Source: Octopus vulgaris (Eukaryota). Taken from it: 64,000 bases of DNA. How positions within the stretch are numbered: position 1 is the first letter of the stretch; each line of letters opens with the position of its first letter. The stretch lies in the NCBI GenBank assembly GCA_951406725.2, contig OX597824.1:25234001-25298000 (forward strand), written 5' to 3'. The notes under the pieces are model-generated. The model saw only the letters and a program-made list of their open reading frames with translations, had not been told where the DNA came from and searched no databases. This document shows, in pieces, positions 41,139 through 54,093 of the stretch. Position numbers and translations under genes: made by a program.

Positions 41139-43994
41139 AGCACTCAGACATATAGTTTCACATACATGCATTCATGCATGCTCACACATAAAGAGATCAG
41201 ATATATATGTACATGTTCATATAAGGATATAATGGTTTTAGTACTGCAGAGTTGTAGCAAATGCGGAGGTGTGAAATAAACAAAAGAAAAAAAGGAAAAA
41301 GAAAGAAAGTTTCCAAGAAAAAGCGAAGGTATGGGTTAACGACAATAAAGAAAAAGTAGTTAGTCACTGACAGCTCGTCATTCTTTGTTTACAAATAAAG
41401 TTTGAGGTTTATGGAATCTCGGGATCGAATTGTTGTATTGAAGAAAGGTTTCTTTTAAATCCTATCAAATAGGCGCAGGTGTTGTTGTGTGGTAAGTAGC
41501 TTGTTTACCAACCACATGGTTCCGGGTTCAGTCCCAGTGCATGGCACCTTGGGCAAGTGTCTTCTACTCTAGCCTCGGGCCGACCAAAGCCTTGTGAGTG
41601 GATTTGGTAGATGGAAACTGAAAGAAGCCCGTCGTATATATGTATATATAAATATGTATGTGTTTGTGTTTGTGCGTCTGTGTTTGTCCCCCTAGCATTG
41701 CTTGACAACCGATGCTGGTGTGTTTATGTCCCCGTCAAAAAACAGACTAATTGAATAAGTACTGGGCTTACAAAGAATAAGTCCCGGGGTCGAGTTGCTC
41801 GATTAAAGGTGGTGCTCCAGCATGGCCGCAGTCAAATGACTGAAACAAGTAAAAGAGAGTAAAGAGAGTATACATTTGTAAACAGAATGGGTATATTAAT
41901 CGAGGTGGACGGTACTATGCATTATAGCTGATCTTAACAAGTCCTAGAGCGAAATCGTACGGAAAGACTCCCCAGTAAGGATGTACTGATCCGTGACAGG
42001 AAATTTAACAAAAAAACTATTCCATTTAGTGAGAGATAAATATTCTTTATTCAAAGGTCACAATACATGTATTAAAGCGCTACTAATAATTATTACATGT
42101 ATTAAAGCGCTACTAATAAGTTCATATGTCGAGAAAACTCGAATATATATCTTCAGGCGCACACCACATATTTAGTTCGTTATGATAGGTGGTTTGCGAC
42201 TGAGGAATATGTTTGAATTTTCTCAAAATGTCAAACTATTTGTAGCGCTTTAATACATGTATTGTGACCTTTAAATAAACAATATATATATATATATATA
42301 TTGAAGGCGCAAGCGTCGGGTTAGCAGTTAGGAGGCATTGAGTTCGGTTCCCGGACACTTTATTTCACGTTGCTCCAATTCACACAGCTGTCTGAATGAG
42401 TTACGACGTCATTGGTGACAAGCTGTATCGGCCTTTGCCTTTCCTTTGGATAACATCAGTGGCGTGGAGAGAAGAGGCTGGTATGCATTGGCCACTGCTG
42501 GTCTTCCGTAAACAACCTTGTCCGGACTTGTGCCTCGAAGAGGAACTTTCTAGTGTCAATCCCAGTGGCGGACTGGCTAAAAAGTGTTGGTGGCCTGGAG
42601 ACTAAAGAGACCCACCCGCTATGATTGATATAACTTTAAACCAGATACATAGTATTATTTAGCCTCACAACCTTATACTATCATTCTTTATGTAGGAGAT
42701 AATAAAAAAAAATTTAGAACATTATCTCCTTAGATATATTTTTTCAAGAAGGAGAGGCTGTGTGGTAAGTAGCTTGCTAACCAACCACATGGTTCCGGGT
42801 TCAGTCCCACTGCGTGGCATCTTGGGCAAGTGTCTTCTACTATAGTCCCGGGCCGACCAATGCATTGTGAGTGGATTTGGTAGACGGAAACTGAAAGAAG
42901 CCTGTCGTATATGTGTATATATATATATATGTATGTGTATGTTTGTGTGTCTGTGTTTGTCCCCCTAGCATTGCTTGACAAACGATGCTGGTGTGTGTAC
43001 ATCCCCGTCACTTAGCGGTTTGGCAAAAGTGACCGATATAATAAGTACTGGACTTCCAAAGAATAAGTGCCGGGGTGGATTTGCTCGACTGAAGGCGGTG
43101 CTCCAGCATGGCCGCAGTCAAATGACTGAAACAAGTAAAAGAGTAAATGGTTTATCAACGAGCAATAATATTTAAAACTAAATATTTGAACCGTTTTGTG
43201 CCTGCAATTTTCTGCTCTATATACTTTCGATGTCTGAATTTGTTGGTAAAAAAATGAAAATCAATATATTTACGAATCATGCTGTTTAGGAGAAGAAATT
43301 ATAGAGGTAAAGTTTCGGATCAGGACGCCCACATGTCTAATTTTCTCTGTTTTGACGGATTTTTCGAATTTGATTTTTCGCTCAGGCCTTCTAGGTGATG
43401 TGTTGTTGTTGTTGGTGGTGGTGAGCTTTCATGAAATTTTTTGGAAAATTCATAATTTTTCTTCACTTCAGCCCCATCCTCCTTAACCAATTTTTCTGGC
43501 ACTACGCACTGAAAAATCATGATATAAGCCTTTTCGTTAAAAAAAAAAAGAATGTAGATATTTTCAAAAGGGAAGGTGTGTGATTTAAGGGCGATTTGGC
43601 TGTTGTTTCCAGTACATCCTCGTTTCTTTGTCACTATCACATGTATTGATGTTTTTCCATATGTTTCTTCCTTTAAGCACATTTTATGGAATGATGATAC
43701 GGAAGTAACACACGCTTGGTGCATTGCAGGGATTCAGAGATCGAAAAAAAAATTGAAATTTAAATCCCCACCTCCGGCCAACCAAGCGAGGCCGTGTGTA
43801 TATGTGTTTGTGCGTGGGTGTATGTGAACCACATGGTTCCTGGTTCAGTCCCTCTACATCGCACTATAGCTTCGGTCCGACCAAAGTCTTGTGGGTGGAT
43901 TTGGTAGAAGGAAAGTGAAAGAAGCCCGTCGTATATGTTTATGATAAATATACAAACATGTATACATATATATATACATATATACAATTATTAT

Positions 43995-44049
<55 letters not shown>

Positions 44050-44091
44050 CATTCATACATACATACATACATACATACATACATACATACA

Positions 44092-44123
<32 letters not shown>

Positions 44124-44124
<1 letters not shown>

Positions 44125-45384
44125 CCGTGCCGATTTTTAAAGGAAAGAAAAAGGTCAATAAATACTTGCCATTACATTTTTAATCAACCAAATGACCAAT
44201 TTTATTGCACAATGCGTCTCCATCTTTCCTTTAACTTCAAAATACCCTCTTCCCAGAACTGATGTGGTTTCATTGCAAAGAATTCATCAAGGTATCTTTT
44301 TACGTCATCCGAGGAATTGAAATTTTTACCATTAAGACTATTCTGCAGAGACCTGAATAAGTGGAAATCCGAAGTAGCAATATCTGATGAATATGGAGGG
44401 TGGGGTCACACATCCTAGCCGAGCAGCAGCGATTTTTGTCTGGTTCCCAAAGAAACGTGCGGTCCTGCATTATCATATTGGAAAACAACACCCTTCCCTT
44501 TGCCCAATTCTGGACGTCTCTCTTGAATTACCTTTTAACTCGTCCAGTTGTGAGAAGTATTTCTCAGAATTAATTGTCTGGTTATTTGGGAGAAGCGCAT
44601 AGTACATAACTCCATTCCAATCACACCAGACACAAAGCAAGACTTTTTTAGGGTGAAAAATCGCTTTTGGGGTGGCTAAGGGTGGCTCATGTCGCTTAAT
44701 CCAGGATCGCTTTCTCTGACCATTTCGTAGATAATCCATTTCTCATCACCAGTCACAATTTACTTTAAAAAAGGCGCGTTTTCATTCCGTTTATAAGGCG
44801 AATCACGGATGGAAATGCGATCCAAAAGGTTCTTCTCACTCAACTGATGTGGCACCCAAACATCGTAGCGATTTGTATACCCAAGCTTTACCAAGTGCTC
44901 ATGAACGACGGATTTTGATAGGTTGAGGCTTTCTGCCAATTCTCGGGTTGTGCAATGTGGGTTATTCTCAATTAATGACGACTTGATTTCGTCATCATCT
45001 GTAGTGGATGGTCTGCCAGATCACTCTTTATCAATAAGGCTACAATCTCCAGCTCAGAACCTTGCGAACCACTTCCGTACAGTTCTTTTGGATAAAGAAA
45101 CATCAACGTAAATTGCGCATATTTCTTTGGTTGCTTGTGAGGCATTTTTCCCTTTACGGAAAAAGAAAAGCATCAAGTGCCGAAAATGAACTTTCTTATC
45201 TTCCATTTTAAAGGGTTACACAATAAACACAGGTTATAGGAACGTAAACCTTCTTCCACGAAAAGATAGCTTAAACTGTGCTCTAAATGGAGGTGTAGTC
45301 AAATCCTATTTTATGGACTCAACCATGTTCTAAAATAAGTCGAAAGGTAAGCTACTATAAATCGGCACGAACTTTCCGGACAAC

Positions 45385-45388
<4 letters not shown>
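44124..45388 (-). mobile_element. Mariner transposon with pseudogenised transposase (~45206 to ~44160)
   Basis: MEDKKVHFRHLML.., WVPHQL, IVTGDEKWI, HPKKVLLCVW, HPPYSSDIATSDFHLF. TIR core CGTGCCGATTT at both ends; left TIR truncated. Confidence 0.93.
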
Positions 45389-45428
<40 letters not shown>

Positions 45429-45429
<1 letters not shown>

Positions 45430-45823
45430 CTCTTTTACTCTTTTACTCGTTTCAGTCATTTGACTGCGGCCATGCTGGAGCACCGCCTTTAGTCGAGCAA
45501 ATCGACCCCGGGACTTATTCTTTGTAAGCCCAGTACTTATTCTATCGGCCTCTTTTGCCGAACCGCTAAGTGACGGGGACGTAAACACATCAGCATCGGT
45601 TGTCAAGCAATGCTAGAGGGACAAACACAGACGCACACACATACATATATATATATACATATATACGACAGGCTTCTTTCAGTTTCCGTCTACCAAATCC
45701 ACTCACAAGGCATTGGTCGGCCCGGGGCTATAGTAGAAGACACTTGCCCAAGATGCCACGCAGTGGGACTGAACCCGGAACCATGTGGTAGTTTAGCAAG
45801 CTACTTACCACACAGCCACTCCT
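45429..45823 (-). mobile_element. tRNA-derived SINE, family A
   Basis: Near-consensus copy with A/B boxes and tail. Confidence 0.88.
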
Positions 45824-45839
45824 ACATGCATACCTACAT

Positions 45840-46400
45840 ACACTCACCCACACGTACATTCACATTCACATTAAGCACATGCTTGCAAACGTGAATAGAT
45901 AGTGACAAAACGACAGTGCAGGAAGTAGATCATGCACTTAGTTTTGAACCAGAATTTTATGTCAACAGATTTTTGAAGAGTGATTTATCGATTGCAACAC
46001 ATACCACACACACACACACATATTCATGCATTCATACCAATATTTATATTTGTATATGTGCATTCATTCACGCCCACACAGGTGTATGCACATCCACATG
46101 TAGTATGCAAAGATATATATATGTACATTGAAGGACATTAAGGTATTCGTCTTGTAGAGTTTCGGTATAGGAGCGTCAAATAAAAAAAGAAAAAGTGAGA
46201 AAGAATAAGATAAGGAAGAGAAGCTATGGATGAAAGACTGAAAGAAACCTGATCACTGTCATGTCGTCACACTTCATTTCCAAATATGGTTTTAGATTAT
46301 GTGAGTGTGGATATCGAATTGCATTCATAGAAGGTTTTATATCGAATCAAACATTCTTCTGCATAGGAACATAACCCCACATATTTGCATATTTAAAGGC
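45840..46400 (-). mobile_element. Old PLE-like 3' region, homologous to the inverted-repeat arm at ~1690-2260
   Basis: Colinear similarity. Remnant EECLIR..KPSMN (KPFFN near 752) resembles a GIY-YIG C-terminus (KPSLN). Confidence 0.45.
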
Positions 46401-46411
46401 TATCATACTAC

Positions 46412-46526
<115 letters not shown>

Positions 46527-46936
46527 GATACATACTCATGGGTATAGAATTAAAGAAAGATTAGTAAAAAAGGAATGAAAGAGGCACAGAAGGGACGAAA
46601 TCCCTAAAGTTTAAATATTTTCCCTTTATTTTATCTTTTTATTTCGTAAATGCTCCAGTCATTGGACTGCAGTCATGCTGGGGTACCACCCCGAATGGTT
46701 TAGTCAGACAAACCAACCCCAGTACATATTTTAAAGCCACGTATATATTCTATTGGCCCCATTTTGCCAAACCACTATGGTTAGCAGTGTCTAATGCTTG
46801 TTGCAGAGAAACACGACACACAGAAAGGCAAACATATATAGGTATACACATCATACATATTAATATGTATAAATACACACGCACGTATATACACATCTAT
46901 ACATGTATAAATTATATACATATACATATATATATG

Positions 46937-47021
<85 letters not shown>

Positions 47022-47062
47022 GAAAGAATGGAGTTGAACGACGAATTGACAAATTTCCTTTA

Positions 47063-47145
47063 TTTTCGACATATGTTTCGAAGGCTGCATATTCCTAATT
47101 TCGAAGGAATAAGGGGTGCATTATGCCGCCTTCTCATCAGGAAAA
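47063..47145 (-). ncRNA. Type I hammerhead ribozyme in a PLE pLTR fragment
   Basis: UUUUC-CUGAUGA-GAAGGCgGCAUA..UAUGCaGCCUUC-GAAAC AUAU GUC-GAAAA; canonical core, palindromic stem III. Confidence 0.85.
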
Positions 47146-47218
47146 ACAGGAACTTATGTCAGCATCAAGATGCACAAAAACTTCTAGATGACTGCCCACA
47201 CAGAGCCCATAGCTCAAT

Positions 47219-47279
<61 letters not shown>

Positions 47280-47333
47280 ATATATATCCATACATACGCA
47301 CGTCCAGACCAATCTTACGCACTAATACTCTCT

Positions 47334-47370
<37 letters not shown>

Positions 47371-47603
47371 ATACATACTAATACATACACCAACCCTATA
47401 CATACACACATCCAGACCCCTCCCACGCACTTTTAGCTGGTCCCTCAACCCTTTTATCAACCCTATTATCTCCCCTTATTTCGCTCTCGCGTCTCATGTT
47501 TGATCTTTGACCTCTGGCCGAAATCAGATCGCCATGTTGATTCGTTAGCTACTGCACGCATTTTTTTTCTGTCCTTCTTTCTGTGTTTTTCTCTCTCTGT
47601 GTA

Positions 47604-47641
47604 TCTTTCTGTTGAAGAGCGTAGGCTCGAAACGTTAAAGA
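47604..47641 (+). ncRNA. Minimal type I HHR variant in pLTR (also 52169-52206)
   Basis: UCUUU-CUGUUGA-A-GAGC guag GCUC-GAAACGU-U-AAAGA; U at core position 6; ACGU stem III implies a dimer. Confidence 0.75.
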
Positions 47642-48363
47642 CTTGTTTTATTTATATTTCCTGAGCGCCATACTAATACAATTGTTCGTTTGTTTTCCAC
47701 CTGCCTTCGTCTTTTGTTTATTTTCATAAAGCTTCCCGTTATATATTATGCGCTCACGTGGTCTCACTTTCATCCTATATTCTACCAATACCACTATCAA
47801 CACTTACCTCTACCTTGGATTTTCATTACCTCTTGGATACTTACCATTGGCTGCACCTCTCTTTCGCGGATCAAAGTGACTTTGCATTGATGTGAAATCC
47901 TTAAAAAATATACCACGACGTCTACACATTTCTCACCTTGAACTTTCAACCTTGAACTTGTTCGCATAAACTGTCCCGTTTGTTGTATTTTTATTTCCTC
48001 TTATATTACCACTTTTTTTACATTCATTTCATGCTTCCCACATTTTCCTGAATTTTTGTTCTCCTTTCCGTCTTTCTTCCCTCTCTGGATGTCCATACTC
48101 CGTTTCCTCTGCCTGCACCCCCCTTTTTTTGCCTCCCCCTCTCTCTGCTTCCCTTCTTTCTTTCCCTTTTCCGTTTGCCCCGTCTTTTCTGCCCCTATCG
48201 CTTACTTATCTAGTTTTTTCATACGATTATTATTTTTTTGTTTTTTTGAACGTTTGTTTGTTCCCCTTTTTTCGCTATCCTTTTTTTCTATTTTTTTCAT
48301 ACGATAATTTTTGTTTTTTGTTTTTTTTTTGTTTTTTCGAACGTTTTTTTCCGCTATCCCATC

Positions 48364-49854
48364 ATGCCGGATCCTAGGTCCTACCTCCTCACCCTCCATC
48401 ACCGTTTGAAGGATCATCTACGTTCGCTTCCTGTATATTGCCTTCAGCCGTCCGTTAATCTCTCTCTACTTCTTTTTAAAAAAACCCGCTTCTCTAGCCA
48501 TGTCTCTTTCCTAAGCCGCTGCCTACATCACCGACTCATCCCTAAAGGTTTCCGCCTCCACTTCCACACTGCTCTCCACTCGGATTCTTCCATCTTACCC
48601 ATACTCCGCACCACATCTTACCGCCTTATGCGGGCCACCATTCGCTCCAATCTCTCCAAACTACATGCCATCAACCGCCTTCTTCCTCCTGCTTTCTCCA
48701 CCTTCTTCTCCTCTCTGCCGCCTCTTTATGCTCCAAACACGCTACGCTTCATTATCCATTTGAATCAACTCTTCCATCAATTTCTTTCTGATACCAAACT
48801 TCGTAAACTCCAATCACTCTTCCATTCCACCCTACCCGACGCCACTACCCCAACTCCTCCACCACCCTTCTCCCCTCCCGATAGGCTCCATCCACCCACA
48901 CCTAACCCCACTGCCCCTCCCTACAACCCCTTCTCCCCTCCCGTTAGGCTCCATCCACCTACACCTAACCCTACTGCCCCGCCCAACCACCCCCCACACA
49001 CCTCTCCAATCCCTCCCCCTCAGACCTCCACGAGACCTACCACCCCTCCTACTTCTATTCCATCCATCCCTTCTCCACTTCCGTCTGTTGTTACCATTCC
49101 CCCCGATCTTCCCCTCTCTGCGGCTGAACGCTCCGTCCTTGGTAGGGGTCTGCGTTTCATCCCCCTCACTCCATCCTGTAAGGAATTCCAGACGCGAGTT
49201 GATGTCCACAGCTTTGTGCGCCGTGTCCGGTTGGGTGCGCATTACCACGACTCGCCACCCACACCCAACGAAGAGGACGACTGCTTCACTGGCCTGGGCC
49301 GCCGACCATCCCCGTGGACGCCTGCCCCTGGCCAGATCCTAGCAGTGGATCTTTTCGCGGGCGCTTGTCAGCGTGCATTGGAGCGGTTCAACTTCTCCAG
49401 GCGCCAACGCCGCCTCAACATCTCCCCGGCTGAGCTCTTGGCTCTTCGTTCCCTCCAACGGCGCGCTGACATTATCATCAAACCGGCTGACAAGGGTGGA
49501 GCTGTAGTGGTGTGGCGCGCGGACCTCTATAGGGCCGAGGCTTTCCGCCAACTCAATGACACCTCCTTCTATTCCCCTCTGCCCTCCCCCTACACCTCCT
49601 TCTATTCCCCTCTGCCCTCTAACCCCACACGTAGCTACCAACAGACGGTATCCTCTACTGTCCAAGACCTCATCTCGTCCTCCCGTCTCCCCCGCACCGC
49701 ATCCAACCTAATTGTGCGAACCCCACGTACCCCCACCATTTACTTCCTCCCCAAAATCCACAAACCCAACAACCCTGGCCGCCCCATCGTCTCCGCCTGT
49801 AACTGCCCCACGGAGCTCATCTCTAAATACCTCGACCGTGTCCTTGCCCCCTAG
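48364..49854 (+). CDS. PLE polyprotein, N-terminal part and start of RT (frameshifted)
   Basis: IPKGFR, LGRGLRFIP, IKPADKGGAVVVW, YFLPKIHK, GRPIVS. Adding one C to the C-run at 49847-49851 joins it to the next ORF. Confidence 0.93.
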   Translation: MPDPRSYLLTLHHRLKDHLRSLPVYCLQPSVNLSLLLFKKTRFSSHVSFLSRCLHHRLIPKGFRLHFHTALHSDSSILPILRTTSYRLMRATIRSNLSKLHAINRLLPPAFSTFFSSLPPLYAPNTLRFIIHLNQLFHQFLSDTKLRKLQSLFHSTLPDATTPTPPPPFSPPDRLHPPTPNPTAPPYNPFSPPVRLHPPTPNPTAPPNHPPHTSPIPPPQTSTRPTTPPTSIPSIPSPLPSVVTIPPDLPLSAAERSVLGRGLRFIPLTPSCKEFQTRVDVHSFVRRVRLGAHYHDSPPTPNEEDDCFTGLGRRPSPWTPAPGQILAVDLFAGACQRALERFNFSRRQRRLNISPAELLALRSLQRRADIIIKPADKGGAVVVWRADLYRAEAFRQLNDTSFYSPLPSPYTSFYSPLPSNPTRSYQQTVSSTVQDLISSSRLPRTASNLIVRTPRTPTIYFLPKIHKPNNPGRPIVSACNCPTELISKYLDRVLAP

Positions 49855-51680
49855 TGGCATCTCTTCCCTCCCACATCCACGATACCAACCATGCTCTCCG
49901 GCTTTTCAACTCTTTCTCCTTTCCTCCCGGCTCCTCCAAAATCCTTTTTACTATGGACATCCAAAGCCTCTATACTGTTATCCCTCACCACGAAGGACTG
50001 CAGGCCCTTCGACACTTTCTTGACCTCCGCTCTAACCCTGTACCTGACACCTCCACACTCATTCGTCTGGCCGAACTTGTCCTTACTCTGAACTGCTTCT
50101 CGTTCGCGGGCGAGTTCTACCATCAGGTCTCGGGAGTGGCCATGGGAACGCGAATGGGCCCCAACTATGCGAACCTGTTCGTTGGCTATGTTGAGGCCCA
50201 AATATTCTCTAATTTCACTGGTCCCACTCCTGAACTATATGGTCGTTATATTGACGACATTATCGGTGCCACCTCACTCTCCCGCGAACATCTAGATTCC
50301 TTCCTCTCTTTCGTCCAATCTTTCCATCCAGCCCTCCACTTCACTTCCACTATCTCCAACACCTCTGTCTCCTTCCTCGACATTTCGGTTAGCATTCTTC
50401 ACTCCACTCTTACCACCTCCATTCACTACAAACACACAGACTCACACTCATACCTCAACTTCTCTTCCTCCCACCCAGAACACACCAAGCTTTCCATCCC
50501 CTATTCCCAATTCCTCCGTCTACGTAGGCTCTGTAGTGACGACCATGACTTTGAGACTCAGTCTCAACGTATGGCTCACCACTTCACCCTACGTGGATAC
50601 CCCCTCACCACTATCCACACCGCCCTTGCCAGAGCACGGTCCGTGGACCGTGTATCTGCTCTCTCTCCCCGAACCCGCCCTGTAGTCTCCCGCCTCCCTT
50701 TTCCCCTCACTTACCACCCCACGACCCTACGTCTCCAACGCACCATTCTTCGAGCTTTCCGTCATCTCCAGTCCGACCCGTCCACTTCACACCTCTTCCC
50801 TAACCGACCCCTCCCCTCTTTCAAACGAGCCCACAACCTTCGGGACCTTTTGGTCCATAGCTCCTTCCCTGACCCTACCTCCCAACCCGGCTCGTTCCCC
50901 TGCTCCCGCCCACGTTGCCGCACTTGCCCTTACATCTCCAACACCACCCGCCTCACTAGCACCCACCATCGACCCTATCCCATCATCCACTCCTTCACCT
51001 GCACCTCCAGCAATATTATCTATTGCATCTCTTGCTCTCTCTGCAATTCCTTGTACATCGGACAAACGGGACGCCGCTTGGCTGACCGGTTCGCGGAACA
51101 CCTTCGTGACATCCACCTTGCGAACGACACACCGGTCTCACGCCATTTCCGCTCAACCGGTCACTCCTTGCAACACCTATCTGTGTTCGGTTTGTCCTTA
51201 CACAGAGGCCATCCGGATTCCCGTTTGCGCCGTGAACAGGAATTAATCTTCTCTCTTCGCTCTTATACGCCATTTGGTCTCAACTCTCCCCCCTCCTCAT
51301 CTAACCTCACCCCCCTCCTCACCTATCCTTTCTCCCCCCGACCCCTACTTCTTCAGTCCTTCATCCTTTCACCCCTACTCCCCTTCCCTTCTTCCCTCTT
51401 TCTCCCTCCCTCTTCCCCTTCCCTCTGCTCCCTCACTCCCTCTCTCTCCCCTTCTCTCTCCCCCTCTCCCTCTTTCCTCCTTCATCCCCCTCATCCCCTT
51501 CCTTCTCCCCATCCTATCCTCTCCCCCCTTCTCCTCCCCCTCTTCTTCCCCTCCCCTTCTCTCCCCCCCTCTTCTCTCCCTCACCCTCTTCTCCCCCTCC
51601 CCCTCTTCTCCTCACTACACCACATGACTTTACACATCACATCACATATGATGTGCCATACTAATACACACACCAACTAA
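49854..51680 (+). CDS. PLE polyprotein: RT core, Cys linker and GIY-YIG endonuclease (natural stop probably 51304)
   Basis: MDIQSLYT, GVAMGT, RYIDD, FLDI, CSRPRCRTC linker, NIIYCISCSLCNSLYIGQT, RFAEH, RRE..GLN. The tail after GLN is low-complexity read-through. Confidence 0.95.
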   Translation: MASLPSHIHDTNHALRLFNSFSFPPGSSKILFTMDIQSLYTVIPHHEGLQALRHFLDLRSNPVPDTSTLIRLAELVLTLNCFSFAGEFYHQVSGVAMGTRMGPNYANLFVGYVEAQIFSNFTGPTPELYGRYIDDIIGATSLSREHLDSFLSFVQSFHPALHFTSTISNTSVSFLDISVSILHSTLTTSIHYKHTDSHSYLNFSSSHPEHTKLSIPYSQFLRLRRLCSDDHDFETQSQRMAHHFTLRGYPLTTIHTALARARSVDRVSALSPRTRPVVSRLPFPLTYHPTTLRLQRTILRAFRHLQSDPSTSHLFPNRPLPSFKRAHNLRDLLVHSSFPDPTSQPGSFPCSRPRCRTCPYISNTTRLTSTHHRPYPIIHSFTCTSSNIIYCISCSLCNSLYIGQTGRRLADRFAEHLRDIHLANDTPVSRHFRSTGHSLQHLSVFGLSLHRGHPDSRLRREQELIFSLRSYTPFGLNSPPSSSNLTPLLTYPFSPRPLLLQSFILSPLLPFPSSLFLPPSSPSLCSLTPSLSPSLSPSPSFLLHPPHPLPSPHPILSPLLLPLFFPSPSLPPSSLPHPLLPLPLFSSLHHMTLHITSHMMCHTNTHTN

Positions 51681-53044
51681 TACCTACTAATACGTACTAA
51701 TACATACTAGTACATACTAATACTTACACCAACCCTATACATACACACGTCCAGACCCCGCATACGCACTTATACTCTCTCACACACACACACACACACC
51801 TATACATACCAATACGTACTAATACATACTAATACATACTAATACATACACCAACCCCATACATACGCACGTCCAGACCAATCTTACGCACTAATACTCT
51901 CTCATACACACACACACACACACACACACACCCTTATACATACTAATACATACACCAACCCTATACATACACACATCCAGACCCCTCCCACGCACTTTTA
52001 GCTGGTCCCTCAACCCTTTTATCAACCCTATTATCTCCCCTTATTTCGCTCTCGCGTCTCATGTTTGATCTTTGACCTCTGGCCGAAATCAGATCGCCAT
52101 GTTGATTCGTTAGCTACTGCACGCATTTTTTTTCTGTCCTTCTTTCTGTGTTTTTCTCTCTCTGTGTATCTTTCTGTTGAAGAGCGTAGGCTCGAAACGT
52201 TAAAGACTTGTTTTATTTATATTTCCTGAGCGCCATACTAATACAATTGTTCGTTTGTTTTCCACCTGCCTTCGTCTTTTGTTTATTTTCATAAAGCTTC
52301 CCGTTATATATATATATATATATATATATATACGGAATACGAGAATTTAAATTTTTAATGGAGATAAAGCTCCAGTATATAATACAACTGTTTTTTCGCT
52401 CGTATATGAGCAAAAGATTAATAAAATTTGGTATACGATAAAAATTTCAGAAGTTTGTCTTAAAACATTCAGACAAGCAAAATTCATTGTTCAGATGTAT
52501 GACATGAGTTATCATTCCATTCGAATAACCACCTATTTATATTAAGAGTTAGATTATGAGAATACAGAAATATAAAAATATAAAAAGATATGGAAATATA
52601 AGAATATAAACATAAAAAGCGTAAAAAGAAACACCTAGAAATATATAAAATATATAAGGATATCATGAATGTAGAAAATAAATTAAAGGAGGCGATTGAA
52701 AGGATTAGTCAAAACCTACCGCCGTTTCAGAAAATTTTTAAGGGGTTGTCGGAAATAGTCCAAATTCAGCCCACTCTATATAAACATTTCCTTCCTCGGG
52801 GCTCCATTCTCGATGAAAAAATCCAGTTAAATCCAGTAACAGTTCTGTTGGTGAAAGTTCAGTTTTTGAGTATCGATGAATAAGTGGCGAAATAAAAATG
52901 AGAAAATAAAATCGGATGGACTAAGATATAAGAATATAATCTTCACCAGGATTAGATTAAAAATTAAAAGGATTTACAGGTGAGCTTTTAGTAAATCATG
53001 TAACTAATAGCCTATTGGAATATTCCATTTTGTACTGATATATT

Positions 53045-53457
53045 TACTTTTTACTCTCTTTTACTTGTTTCAGTCATTTGACTGCGGCCATGCTGGAGCA
53101 CCGCCTTTAGTCGAGCAACTCGACCCCGGGACTTATTCTTTGTAAGCCCAGTGCTTATTCTATCGGTCTCTTTTGCCGAACAGCTAAGTTACGGGGACGT
53201 AAACACACAAGCATCGGTTGTCAAGCAATGCTAGGGGGACAAACACAGACACACAAACATACACGCACACACATATATATATATACGTATATACGACGGG
53301 CTTCTTTCAGTTTCCGTCTACCAAATCCACTCACAAGGCTTTGGTCGGCCCGAGGCTATAGCAGAAGACACTTGCCCAAGATGCCACGCAGTGGGACTGA
53401 ACCCGGAACCATGTGGTTCGTAAGCAAGCTACTTACCACACAGCCACTCCTGCGCCT
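53045..53457 (-). mobile_element. tRNA-derived SINE, family A
   Basis: Full-length copy between the foldback arms. Confidence 0.88.
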
Positions 53458-53739
53458 ATATTTCTGTTTTTAATTTTAATAACAGAAATAATTTTAAACT
53501 GAATTTTCCTCAACTGAACTGACACCATTTAGTGCCTTACTGGATTTTTGTGGATTTTACTTCGAGAAAGGATCCTTGAGGAAATAAATGATTTAATACA
53601 GTGGGCTGAATTTGGACTACTTTGTACAACCACTTAAAACTTTTCTGAAACAGCTGTAGGCTTTGGCTCATTCTTTCAATGGCCTCCTTTAAATTATTTT
53701 CTTACATATGTTACATATTTTTAAGTTTTTATTTTTATA

Positions 53740-54093
53740 CTAGCAGTATCGCCCGGCGTTGCTCGGGTTTGTAAGGGAAATAACTATAAAGCATTTTTAG
53801 AGAGTTATAGCAAAAAAATGATGGTAAATATTTTTTGAGAGTTAAAAAGGTCGAGTTGCGTCCCCTAGACAGTCTGTGGTTTGTGTTTCTGATTCTCGAC
53901 CCCATGTCGAATTTATCAATTTTTTTCAGAACTGGGGGAACTTTTCAAAATTTTCGCTGCGTTAGTTTTGAATTATGACATTGGGCTATGTGTGTGTCAA
54001 GTTTCATCAGAATCGGTTGAAAGCCGTGGTCAGGGTGAGGGTACAACCTAACAGACACGCAGACAGACAAACTGCCGTTTATATATAGAGAGA
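53740..54093 (-). mobile_element. Non-autonomous Helitron (354 bp)
   Basis: Minus strand 5' TC ... hairpin CCCGAGCAACGCCGGG (53752-53767) ... CTAG 3', inserted between A and T with no TSD. Confidence 0.85.

Larger units (their letters stand above)
47288..52311 (+). mobile_element. Penelope-like retrotransposon (Neptune clade), near full length, between direct pLTRs
   Basis: pLTRs 47288-47746 and 51857-52311 appear identical except for CA-repeat length; RT plus GIY-YIG ORF between them; flanked by (TA)n. Confidence 0.96.

Noticed and set aside
48832-51584. Antisense and alternate-frame ORFs over the PLE
   Set aside because: By-products of the C-rich strand bias; no motifs.
51305-51680. Pro/Ser/Leu-rich C-terminal extension of the PLE protein
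   Set aside because: CT low-complexity 3' region read through after the GIY-YIG end; probably non-coding.
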